A DNA stretch of 32,000 bases from Alkalicoccus daliensis (GTDB lineage: Bacteria; Bacillota; Bacilli; Bacillales; Salisediminibacteriaceae), in NCBI RefSeq assembly GCF_900103955.1, contig NZ_FNIL01000014.1, positions 1 to 32,000 on the forward strand. The letters are read 5' to 3'. Each line of letters begins with the position of its first letter. Position 1 is the first letter of the stretch. The position numbers and the translations under genes were made by a program. Shown in pieces: positions 1-8,023 of the stretch. Below the pieces are notes generated by a model, which searched no databases, was not told the DNA's origin, and worked only from the letters and a program-made list of their open reading frames with translations.

Positions 1-790
1 GTAAAATAAGCGGGCAAGCGAATAAATTAGCTTCTTTTCCTCTGTCATTTTCCATTATGGGAATGGTTTGAATGAAGGAGGTCATATGCTTTTACAGGGT
101 TTGCCGTACCGAGCCGGCGCAGGCATAGCAAGGTGGAGTGCAGCATAGCATGGGTGGATTAAAGTATAGGAAGTTTTTATTAAAGTATGGGCGGATCGGA
201 GTAAAGCATAGCCTGTTTTCATGTCATTATAGGCGGATCGGAGTAAAATAGCAGCCACGACAGTAAAATAAGCGGGCAAGCGAATAAATTAGCTTCTTTT
301 CCTCTGTCATTTTCCATTATGGGAATGGTTTGAATGAAGGAGGTCATATGCTTTTACAGGGTTTGCCGTACCGAGCCGGCGCAGGCATAGCAAGGTGGAG
401 TGCAGCATAGCATGGGTGGATTAAAGTATAGGAAGTTTTTATTAAAGTATGGGCGGATCGGAGTAAAGCATAGCCTGTTTTCATGTCATTATAGGCGGAT
501 CGGAGTAAAATAGCAGCCACGACAGTAAAATAAGCGGGCAAGCGAATAAATTAGCTTCTTTTCCTCTGTCATTTTCCATTATGGGAATGGTTTGAATGAA
601 GGAGGTCATATGCTTTTACGGGGTTGCCGCACCGAGCCGACGCAGGCATAACAGGGTGGAGTGCAGCATAGCATGGGTGGATTAAAGTATAGAGGAATTG
701 GGTTAAAGCATAGGAGGTTTGGAGTAAAATATAGAGGAGTTGAAGTAAATTAAAGGGAAGATCAGTAAAGTATAAGCAGATCTGAGTATA
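1..790. repeat. Higher-order tandem repeat array 1. The unit is 262 bp. Units 1-262 and 263-524 are identical, and the third unit (525 to about 790) is diverged. Each unit has a roughly 70-bp core plus about 10 degenerate 20-21-bp sub-repeats (GCGGATCGGAGTAAAGCATAGC-like).
   Basis: Direct reading shows the sequence from 1 repeating exactly from 263 and again from 525. The identical 65-aa shadow ORFs at 82-279 and 344-541 confirm the 262-bp period. The array touches the window edge, so it may extend upstream. Confidence 0.9.
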
Positions 791-889
791 TTAAGACGCC
801 ACCAAGTGAAGCGGCATCACTTTCCTTCCCCTCCCGAAACAAATATAATAATAAGCAACGATATTTTCGGGAAAAGAGGTGGACGCTCC

Positions 890-1744
890 ATGGATAAATA
901 CATACGAAGATTAACAGAGGATGATTATTCCCTGTTTCAGGCAATGGATACGGGGATTGAAGATGATTATATTTCTCATTTTTTTCATCGTTTTATTCAT
1001 TCGGGAGACAGGATTTACGGAATGTTCGTGGAGGAACAGCTTGCGGTAATGGCTGGATATTCTATATATGCAGAAAACTATGCGATGCTTGGCAGGCTGC
1101 GAAGTGACCGGCGGTTTCAGGGGAAATCCCTGGCGACGGAGTTAATGACCTATGTGAAACAAGAAGCGTTAAAAGAAGAAAAGGTGCACTGGGTGGGAGG
1201 AAATACGGAGGAGAAAAACATTCCGGCAAGAAGAGTGCTTGAAAAGGCAGGACTTGCGCCTCGGATTACGCAGTATGCAGCTGTTGCTGCGGAAGTGGGC
1301 ATGCTCGAATCAGGCGCAGCACCCTGGCAGGAGATAACGTCCCCTGCGCGTAAACGGGAATGGCTGGAAAGCACTTATGTAAAAGAAGGAAGCCTTTTTC
1401 CCTATCAGTGCTATTATCCTTTTCCGGCAACCGCTGCTCTTTTTGAAGAAAAGGAGCTGGCGTCCTGGAAAATGTACGAAAATCCTGGAGGAACAAAATT
1501 TGTGCTGGCAAAGCATGACCAGAAGCGGACGCATTACCTGCACGTCGGCTATCCGTGGGAGGATTTCCAGGAGCCGGGACTTTGGGAAACCATCACGTCG
1601 GCGCAGAGGTCGCTGGAAAAAGAAATAGAAGAGGACACAAAAGTCTGGCTGGATCTGCCGAAAGATGCGGCATCCCACCTGCCTGCGCAGCATCCATTTA
1701 ACCTGTCTTCCATCTGGGTGCTGCATGAGGCGGCTGCCGGATAA
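890..1744 (+). CDS. GNAT-family N-acetyltransferase with an extra C-terminal domain
   Basis: The ORF 806-1744 contains a GNAT acetyl-CoA motif region (RRFQGKSLATELMTYV ... NIPARRVLEKAGL). The start was moved to the ATG at 890, which follows AGAGGTGGA (MDKYIRRL...). Confidence 0.6.
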   Translation: MDKYIRRLTEDDYSLFQAMDTGIEDDYISHFFHRFIHSGDRIYGMFVEEQLAVMAGYSIYAENYAMLGRLRSDRRFQGKSLATELMTYVKQEALKEEKVHWVGGNTEEKNIPARRVLEKAGLAPRITQYAAVAAEVGMLESGAAPWQEITSPARKREWLESTYVKEGSLFPYQCYYPFPATAALFEEKELASWKMYENPGGTKFVLAKHDQKRTHYLHVGYPWEDFQEPGLWETITSAQRSLEKEIEEDTKVWLDLPKDAASHLPAQHPFNLSSIWVLHEAAAG

Positions 1745-1749
1745 AACAA

Positions 1750-2352
1750 TCAGCGGATCCAGCCGTTTTCCCTGCTTAAGGAAATTGCTTCGATGCGGTT
1801 ACTTACCTCCAGTTTATCAAGAATTAATGACACGTAGTTTCTAACAGTACCGTTTGTAATGTGCAGGTCTGCAGCAATTTCTTTTGTCGTGCGGCCATCT
1901 GCGATGAGCTGCAGCACCTGGCCTTCCCGTTCTGTTAAGGGATTTGGATTATCATATACCATATCAATCAGTTCCGGAGCATAGGCTCTGCGCCCGTCCA
2001 TAATCGTGCGGATAGAGTTGGCCAATTCTTCACTTGGGCTGTCTTTTAAGAGATAGCCCTTTACCTTGGCTTTCCGCGCTCGTTCAAAATAACCTGCGCG
2101 GGCAAAAGTAGTAAGAATAATTACTTTACACCGGTGGTCTGACAAATCCTCTGCCGCTTCCAGTCCGGTTTTGACCGGCATTTCAATATCCATAATGCAA
2201 ACATCCGGATCCAGTTCTTTTACGAGTTCCACGGCTCTTTCTCCATTTTCCGCTTTTCCTACCACTTCCATATCTTCTTTTAAATCCAGCAGGGAGCCGA
2301 GGGCCCCGAGCAGCATCTGCTGATCCTCGGCAATGACAATGCGGATCATCAA
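1750..2352 (-). CDS. desR: Two-component response regulator, NarL/LuxR family (DesR-like)
   Basis: It has a receiver domain (IVIAEDQ...DPDVCIMDIEMP) and a C-terminal LuxR HTH (LTEREGQVLQLIADGRTTKEIAADLHITNGTVRNY). Its start overlaps the upstream kinase stop by 4 nt (ATGA). It lies downstream of a desaturase and kinase, as in the B. subtilis des-desKR locus. Confidence 0.8.
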   Translation of the reverse strand: MMIRIVIAEDQQMLLGALGSLLDLKEDMEVVGKAENGERAVELVKELDPDVCIMDIEMPVKTGLEAAEDLSDHRCKVIILTTFARAGYFERARKAKVKGYLLKDSPSEELANSIRTIMDGRRAYAPELIDMVYDNPNPLTEREGQVLQLIADGRTTKEIAADLHITNGTVRNYVSLILDKLEVSNRIEAISLSRENGWIR

Positions 2353-3485
2353 GCTTCCTCCTCCTTTTTCATATGCTGCACCACCTGCGGTACGAACATC
2401 GTGATCTTTGTTCCCTTTTGCGAGTCCATGGTCAGGGTGCCGTTGACGAATTCCAGCCGTTCCTTCATGCCCTGTATGCCGCTTTCCTGCATCGTTACGT
2501 TCGGCTGGGAAATGCCGATGCCGTTGTCTTCGATCACGATGGAAATGGCGCGGGGGCTCTGGGTTATCGTAATATCACAGCGGGCTGCCTGGCTGTGCTT
2601 AACCACATTCGTTACCGCTTCCTTCATGCACATACTGAGTGCGTTCTCTACCAGGAGCGGTACATTGGTGAACTGCGGATTGCCGTGCACGTAAAGTTCT
2701 ATCTGCGCGACTTTCAGTATTTCCTGGATGTGCAGCAGCTCTTCGCGGACTTTCATTCCTCTCATATCAGAAACCATTTCCCGGACTTCTTTCAGCGCGA
2801 GCCGTGCTGTCCGGTTTATATCCTTCATTTCATTCTGGGCTTCTCCAGGTTTTGCTTCCACCAGTTTTTCTGCGAGATCGCTTTTCAATCCGATTAATGA
2901 AAGCTTCTGCCCGAGGGTATCGTGCAGATCCCGCGCAATTCTCTGCCGTTCCTCCATAACCATCAGCTGGGAAATTTTCTCATTCGCATTTTCCAGCTGG
3001 TTCTCCAGCATCTCCTGTTTATTCCGGTTATAGATCGTAAAAGGAAGGAGGATTACTCCGACGAGGCTGATGACAACAAATGGCAGCTGCATGGTGAAAA
3101 TTTCGCTCTGCATGTAAAATCCTAAGCCGGCAGAAGAGAGTGCGGTGATCAAATTAATTATATACAGCGTGACAAATCCGGCTTTATTTCGGATGTTTCC
3201 AATGAAAAAAGCAAGGAACAAGAAAAAGTATACATAACCAAAATACAGTGTCATGCCCGTGCTGATGACAAGTTCTATCCCTACAGCGACATAGACAGTC
3301 CAGCCCTCTTTAATGAACGAGATCCGGTATACTGCGAAAAATAAAACGATCATCAGGACGCCTGCGATTATTTCTGTAAACGTCGACAAACGTATTACAA
3401 AGTAAAAAGGAAGCAGACAAAAAATAAGCCAGGCATATAAACTTAATCCTGTGGTCTTTGGGACGATATGAAACCAGTTCTGCAT
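2349..3485 (-). CDS. desK: Membrane sensor histidine kinase, HisKA_3 type (DesK-like thermosensor)
   Basis: It has about 5 N-terminal TM helices, an H-box (RIARDLHDTLGQKLS) and an HATPase domain (IEDNGIGI). The start was chosen at the ATG at 3485 (MQNWFHIV), preceded by GGGAGG. Confidence 0.75.
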   Translation of the reverse strand: MQNWFHIVPKTTGLSLYAWLIFCLLPFYFVIRLSTFTEIIAGVLMIVLFFAVYRISFIKEGWTVYVAVGIELVISTGMTLYFGYVYFFLFLAFFIGNIRNKAGFVTLYIINLITALSSAGLGFYMQSEIFTMQLPFVVISLVGVILLPFTIYNRNKQEMLENQLENANEKISQLMVMEERQRIARDLHDTLGQKLSLIGLKSDLAEKLVEAKPGEAQNEMKDINRTARLALKEVREMVSDMRGMKVREELLHIQEILKVAQIELYVHGNPQFTNVPLLVENALSMCMKEAVTNVVKHSQAARCDITITQSPRAISIVIEDNGIGISQPNVTMQESGIQGMKERLEFVNGTLTMDSQKGTKITMFVPQVVQHMKKEEEA

Positions 3486-3580
3486 GGCGGGCCTCCCTTC
3501 TTTCTCTCTTTTACAGTGTAACAAAAAGCCCTTTCCCGTGGTGGCAAAAGAGCTTTCTTTCTTCTATTATATTGTGAAAT

Positions 3581-4606
3581 TTACGCTGGTACTTTCTGCG
3601 TTGGCTTCACTTTATAGTTCTTTTTGAATTCGCGGAAGCTGACGAACGTTTTGCTTGTTTCGTCATAAAGACGGAACTGAACAGCTTTTAAGCTGGAGCG
3701 AAGCGTAATCGTCGTAACTTTCTGCAATGGTTTTGTCTGCTCGTGTGTTTTTTCCAGATGATAATTCGGAACCTTCGGGCTTAAATGGTGTACATGGTGG
3801 TAACCAATGTTCCCAGTCAGCCACTGTACCACTTTCGGAAGCTGGTAGTAGGAACTGCCGTCTACAGCTGCTTTCACGAAGTCCCAGTCTTCTTCATTCT
3901 CAAAATAGGAATCTTCGAACTGATGCTGTACATAAAACAACCAGATGCCGAGAGAACCGGAAATCATAAGAATCGGAAGCTGAATGATTAGAAACGCCTG
4001 CAGGCCGATTGCCCAGATCAGGAGCGCATAAATTACAGCGATAGAAGCGGTAATCAAATGCGTGTTCCATCTTTCTTTGCTGCGTGCACCTTTTCGGTTC
4101 ACGCGGTTGTCCCAGCCGAATAAAAGAATCGGGCCAAGACCGAACATGACGATCGGGTTACGGTACAAGCGGTATTTGAATCTTTCCCACTTGTCTGCAT
4201 TTGCATATTCTTCTACTGTCATAATCCATACATCACCGGTGCCTCTTTTATCGAGGTTGCCGCTTGTTGCGTGGTGAATAGAGTGACTTCTTTTCCATTT
4301 ATCGAAAGCGAAATGCGTAATAATTCCTGTTAACGTACCGACAACCCGGTTAGCTTTTGTATTCTTAAAGAAGGAACCGTGCGTACAGTCATGAAAAATA
4401 ATGAACGTCCGTACGACAAAGCCTGCGGCAAGAATAAGAATCGGAATCGTCAGCCAGTATGATACTGCCAGGCTTTGGTAGGCAAGAAACCAAAGCAGGA
4501 AAAAAGGAACGAGAGAATTTACGAGCTGCCAGATACTCTGCTTCATATCTGAGTTTGCGAAAGGGGCTACACTTTTTCTTAGTTCTGCTTGTTGTTGTTT
4601 ACTCAT
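3581..4606 (-). CDS. des: Membrane fatty-acid desaturase (Delta5-Des-like)
   Basis: Three histidine boxes are present: HDCTH, HSIHH and HHVHH. The RBS is CCAGGAGG. It lies directly upstream of desK-desR. Confidence 0.85.
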   Translation of the reverse strand: MSKQQQAELRKSVAPFANSDMKQSIWQLVNSLVPFFLLWFLAYQSLAVSYWLTIPILILAAGFVVRTFIIFHDCTHGSFFKNTKANRVVGTLTGIITHFAFDKWKRSHSIHHATSGNLDKRGTGDVWIMTVEEYANADKWERFKYRLYRNPIVMFGLGPILLFGWDNRVNRKGARSKERWNTHLITASIAVIYALLIWAIGLQAFLIIQLPILMISGSLGIWLFYVQHQFEDSYFENEEDWDFVKAAVDGSSYYQLPKVVQWLTGNIGYHHVHHLSPKVPNYHLEKTHEQTKPLQKVTTITLRSSLKAVQFRLYDETSKTFVSFREFKKNYKVKPTQKVPA

Positions 4607-4663
4607 AGTATGCCTCCTGGTTTTATTTTATATAGTAGTGGGTTTGTTTAAGGTTATATTCTT

Positions 4664-4729
4664 ATTGTACAGCTCCTGTTAGGACCAGGTAAGACATACA
4701 TGTCAGCAATGTAATATGACAAGTGTCAT
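4664..4729 (-). promoter_or_regulatory. Putative des promoter with a DesR-type operator
   Basis: On the minus strand, -35 TTACCT (4687-4692) and -10 TACAAT (4664-4669) are separated by 17 bp. The inverted repeat ATGACA-ct-TGTCAT (4716-4729) and an extra TGACAT half-site (about 4699-4705) lie immediately upstream. Confidence 0.5.
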
Positions 4730-4974
4730 GGATATATTTCCAGTGAAAAGGATAATGGGTTAAAACATGGAAAAGAAATAAGAGAGAACAGGAAGGGATC
4801 CGGTGAAAGTGGAGCTTACAAATGACATCTCTGCCTGTTAAAGAAGGGCCGTTGAGAGCTCTTTGTTAAGCGCGGCACAGAATAAAAAATACTTTATTCC
4901 GGGTGGCACAAACAGGTGCGTAAAACAGCCTGTATGATATAATAAATTATATTGTACAGAAATGAGGGCTTGCA

Positions 4975-5736
4975 GTGGACGCTGTTGGAAGAATGCCGAA
5001 AGATATTTCCCTGATACATGCGCTGAACAGTATTGGAGAAAACGTAATTGTAGCTGATCTCGATTATACAATTACCTGGATGAACGTCAATGCAGTAAAA
5101 CTTTTTAAACAAATTGCTCCTCTTTACGATATAGAGCAAGTATCAGATATGATTGGAATGAACATGAACCGGTTTCACCGGAATCCTGCCCATCAGGAAT
5201 ATATCATGAAAAACCTGGATGAGGTGCATAAAACAAGAATCGTTATTCGCGACACGCTGGTAACGGATATTATTATTACTCCTATTAAAGGCAGCGATGG
5301 TATCGCAGAAGGTTATGTGATTATGCTGCAGGATGTAACAACGCGTGCGGAGGAAGAACGACGCAATGAAAAACTGATCGCCGAACTTTCTGTGCCGATC
5401 CTTCATATATGGGATAATACGATAGCACTTCCTCTTGTCGGATCTTTTACAGAGGATCGCGGAAAAGCGCTTGTATCCAAAGTACTGGAAGAATGCACGG
5501 AGAAAAATACAGAATATGTACTGCTCGCATTAAATGGGCTGGATGAATACGATGATGCACTCCAATACAGCATACGTTATTTGTATGACTGCCTGAAGCT
5601 TGTCGGTACAGAATGTATTATTGTAGGTATCACTCCAAAGCTTGCAATGACATTTGGGGAAGTGGATAAAAACATTTCCACGTTCAGTACGGCCCATCAG
5701 GGTCTCCATTACATTATCAGTCAATCTGCTAAATAA
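4975..5736 (+). CDS. PAS-STAS domain protein (RsbR/YtvA-like architecture, no LOV cysteine motif recognised)
   Basis: The N-terminal region is PAS-like (NVIVADLDYTITWMNVNAV...GYVIMLQDVT). After a linker helix comes a STAS-like C-terminus (PILHIWDNTIALPLVGSFTEDR...ECIIVGITPKLA). The GTG start at 4975 follows GAGGG. Confidence 0.7.
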   Translation: MDAVGRMPKDISLIHALNSIGENVIVADLDYTITWMNVNAVKLFKQIAPLYDIEQVSDMIGMNMNRFHRNPAHQEYIMKNLDEVHKTRIVIRDTLVTDIIITPIKGSDGIAEGYVIMLQDVTTRAEEERRNEKLIAELSVPILHIWDNTIALPLVGSFTEDRGKALVSKVLEECTEKNTEYVLLALNGLDEYDDALQYSIRYLYDCLKLVGTECIIVGITPKLAMTFGEVDKNISTFSTAHQGLHYIISQSAK

Positions 5737-5745
5737 TTTCCCAAT

Positions 5746-5783
5746 AAAAAGGAATCCTGCACCTTCCCGCAGGATTCCTTTTT
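5746..5783. terminator. Bidirectional rho-independent terminator between convergent genes
   Basis: The hairpin AAAAAGGAATCCTGC-loop-GCAGGATTCCTTTTT has A/T runs on both sides. Confidence 0.8.
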
Positions 5784-5794
5784 ATTGTTTCATG

Positions 5795-6493
5795 TTATTT
5801 CGTCTGCAAAGCCTGGATCTCTTCGGCCAGCCGGTAAATCTGATGCAGTGTTTCCTGCTGGCTCCGACTATGCTGGACTGTAATTGAAGCAGCTTCTTTT
5901 GCAGCGTGTAATTGCAGTGTTAAAGAAGCCAGCTGTTCATTTAATAAAGAAGCTGCAGAAACTTCTTCTCTTATCTGCGAAGCAGGGGCCGGTTCGTGGA
6001 GGCAAGCAGCGGTTTCTTTCATCTGCTGCAGCTGATAAGAAGCGATGGAAGTTTTATTATTCGTTTTATCTGCGGCAACTGCTGTGTCGCTGCATCCGCT
6101 CAGCAGCTTCTCTGCCTGCGCAGAGATACGGATGACGGCCTGCAGAAGTGCAGTGTGCTTGCAGCTGCCATCCAGTGCAGCGTCAGGGAGAACGCCCATG
6201 GTGAGACAGCCGAGTGTTTTTCCATTTTCCTGCAGCGGAATGCCGGTGACCACATAGGAGGTCCCGTAAGCTTCTTCTTCTACGTATTGTGTCACTTTTC
6301 TTCCTTCCTGCAGGACGGTTTCATTAACACCGCCTTTTCGGAAGGGCGTACCAGGCTGGATGCCAAGATCCAGATGTGTCCCTGGGAGATACGAAAGAAA
6401 CTTTGTCTGATCTGCAAGTGCGACAAAACAGTCGTCAGATTGAAGCTCCTGTATAAATGGGAGAGCGTCAGCTGCTTTCTGTAAAAGCTGCAA
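5795..6493 (-). CDS. Hypothetical signalling-type protein with an N-terminal sensor-like (PAS/GAF/Cache-like) fold and a C-terminal coiled coil
   Basis: The 232-aa ORF has a TTG start preceded by AAAGGAGG. The stretch YVVTGIPLQENGKTLGCLTMGV resembles ligand-sensor cores. The C-terminus is a heptad-rich helix. No family was recognised with certainty. Confidence 0.55.
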   Translation of the reverse strand: MQLLQKAADALPFIQELQSDDCFVALADQTKFLSYLPGTHLDLGIQPGTPFRKGGVNETVLQEGRKVTQYVEEEAYGTSYVVTGIPLQENGKTLGCLTMGVLPDAALDGSCKHTALLQAVIRISAQAEKLLSGCSDTAVAADKTNNKTSIASYQLQQMKETAACLHEPAPASQIREEVSAASLLNEQLASLTLQLHAAKEAASITVQHSRSQQETLHQIYRLAEEIQALQTK

Positions 6494-6564
6494 GGGAACT
6501 TCCTCCTTTATTTTTGTTTAAATTGAGGTAACAAGCCGCCAATGTGCAAAAAGCCAATGGAATG

Positions 6565-6623
6565 AAAAAAGAGCAGGCCGGACGCCGTTCAGCTGTTTCA
6601 GCTGAACGAACGCCGGCCTGCTC
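6565..6623 (-). terminator. Rho-independent terminator of the methyltransferase gene
   Basis: On the minus strand a long GC-rich hairpin (GAGCAGGCCGGCGTTCGTTCAGCTG-aaa-CAGCTGAACGGCGTCCGGCCTGCTC) is followed by TTTTTT. Confidence 0.8.
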
Positions 6624-6694
6624 CATGTCTCCTGCCGTGTAATTAACTTGTCTTCTATAGTACGGGGATCTACTTGAAAAAGCAAGTCTGCTCA

Positions 6695-7624
6695 TTATTC
6701 ACAAACAAGAATCTCCCGGGAAAACATCTTATTTTTGCCTGCAGTACCCCGATCGATAATAGCAAATCCTGCTTTCTTTAATAGATGATCCAGCGGTTCA
6801 ATCGTAATAATAACCAATCGTTGTGTGAAATTTCGTGCAGACTGCAGCATTTCCAGTTTCGTTTCCTCTGGTAAAACAGAACATAGGTTGTAAGGCATAT
6901 CAATCACTGCTGCATCGTAGCTTTTTTCTATCATCCGCATGTCTTGTAACGCCGTATCCGGCGCGAAACCGAAGTGGGACAAATTTTTTCGGAGCCCGTA
7001 CATTACTTTGGGATTCACGTCACTTCCATCCATTTGGATCCCCATCGATCTCGCTTCGATTACTACTGTTCCAATACCGCAGCACGGATCAATTGCATAA
7101 ATGCCCGAGGGATTTGGAACGGCAATATTTGCGGCACTCCTTGCCACTCTTACCGGCAGCGCAGTGGAGTAAGAGTGCGGCTTCTGCTCCTGCTTTTTCC
7201 ACGCGGAAGAACCGCAGGTCAATGGACCGAATACCCAGCTGTTTTGCGCGGGGAAAATTGCAAAAAGATGCGCCGGATCCGCCAGGTTTATTTTCCCATC
7301 GAGCATACCGGCAGCAGCAATTTCCCTTTGTTTTCGATCTTCAAATGAGGTAGGAAGGGCATGATTCTTCACGAATTGTACTTTGAAAGAAGCTGTCAGC
7401 GGAGGGTGGGCGCGGAGCTTTTCCAACAGAGCTTCCCATGTAGCACTTTCATATAGAACCTCAATTTTTTCTTTCAAAAAAGGGGAGCGGCCGGGGTCCA
7501 GGCTGATGCTGCTCCTTAACGAACCGCCGCTGCCTTCCTCTACGAAAAACGCTCTTAATTCAAGCGCGCACAAACTCTCTTCCTCCGCACGCGCATTATA
7601 CGTGTAAATAAAAGTATTATTCAT
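6695..7624 (-). CDS. SAM-dependent RNA (guanine-N2/adenine-N6 type) methyltransferase with a THUMP-like N-terminal domain
   Basis: Motif I is DPCCGIGT and motif IV-like is DMPYN. The N-terminal ~150 aa has the spacing typical of THUMP-methylase fusions. Confidence 0.7.
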   Translation of the reverse strand: MNNTFIYTYNARAEEESLCALELRAFFVEEGSGGSLRSSISLDPGRSPFLKEKIEVLYESATWEALLEKLRAHPPLTASFKVQFVKNHALPTSFEDRKQREIAAAGMLDGKINLADPAHLFAIFPAQNSWVFGPLTCGSSAWKKQEQKPHSYSTALPVRVARSAANIAVPNPSGIYAIDPCCGIGTVVIEARSMGIQMDGSDVNPKVMYGLRKNLSHFGFAPDTALQDMRMIEKSYDAAVIDMPYNLCSVLPEETKLEMLQSARNFTQRLVIITIEPLDHLLKKAGFAIIDRGTAGKNKMFSREILVCE

Positions 7625-7686
7625 TCATTTCATCCTTTTTCTATAGCTATCATGAAAATGAAAATTTACTAAAAAAGAAGTAGTAA

Positions 7687-7762
7687 TACTGCTTCACTTT
7701 TGGAGAGGCTTACCCAAGGGCTTGTTTTCGACTAAGTTCTCTCACAGGGCACGGCTTCCATC
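7687..7762 (+). repeat. Bipartite conserved motif, copy A (TACTGCTTCACT - 50 nt - GCACGGCTTCCATC)
   Basis: The 12-mer and 14-mer are identical to those at 15170-15248, with nearly the same spacing and the same orientation. Confidence 0.4.
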
Positions 7763-8023
7763 GATCCACAGACAGCATGGCAGAGACCGCCTCTGCTCTC
7801 ACTTTAGCGCTGAGCAGAAGAAAAAGCAAAGCGTTTAAAACTCGGTAGCTTTAAAAGACCATAGTCCCGGGGCAGGCTTGTACTGAAAGAGGAGAAACCT
7901 GGTACATTCGAAAATCGTGAATAAATGCTTCTGAGAAGAATTATACAATCCCCTCATGTTTAAGATCTTAGTAAGTGGGAAATTATTTTTTTAAGGAATA
8001 ATTTTTCGAAAGGATGACTGTAA

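Noticed and set aside
75-150. Mini-ORFs after the SD-like AAGGAGG-ATG in every repeat core (MLLQGLPYRAGAGIARWSAA, MLLRGCRTEPTQA, MLLWLLSPNQYRIAW, MLLRLALSGQ)
   Set aside because: Only the first three codons are conserved, and length and sequence differ in each unit. A coding function is therefore unlikely. The SD-ATG may still matter as an RNA or DNA element.
82-541. Identical 65-aa minus-strand ORFs (82-279, 344-541) and the related ORF 28947-29165, which show a 7-residue (A/G/S)Y periodicity
   Set aside because: They are translations of the 21-bp sub-repeats. They have TTG or poor starts, no RBS and low-complexity composition, and the peptide is not conserved between the two arrays beyond what the DNA repeat forces. 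They are treated as repeat shadows, not genes.
1-790. CRISPR array interpretation of the repeats
   Set aside because: There is no alternation of a conserved repeat with unique spacers. The sub-repeats abut one another and are degenerate, the higher-order unit repeats as a whole, and no cas genes are in the window.
806-889. N-terminal 28-codon extension of the GNAT ORF (start at 806)
   Set aside because: There is no RBS at 806, and the extension overlaps the tail of the repeat array. The ATG at 890 is preceded by AGAGGTGGA.
7625-8023. Riboswitch or T-box in the 400-bp intergenic region between the methyltransferase and the acidic lipoprotein gene
   Set aside because: I compared it by eye with my remembered consensus cores of T-box, SAM, FMN, TPP, cobalamin, lysine, glycine, purine, M-box, ydaO and ykkC elements and found no convincing match. 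Only the bipartite motif, reported separately, is supportable.
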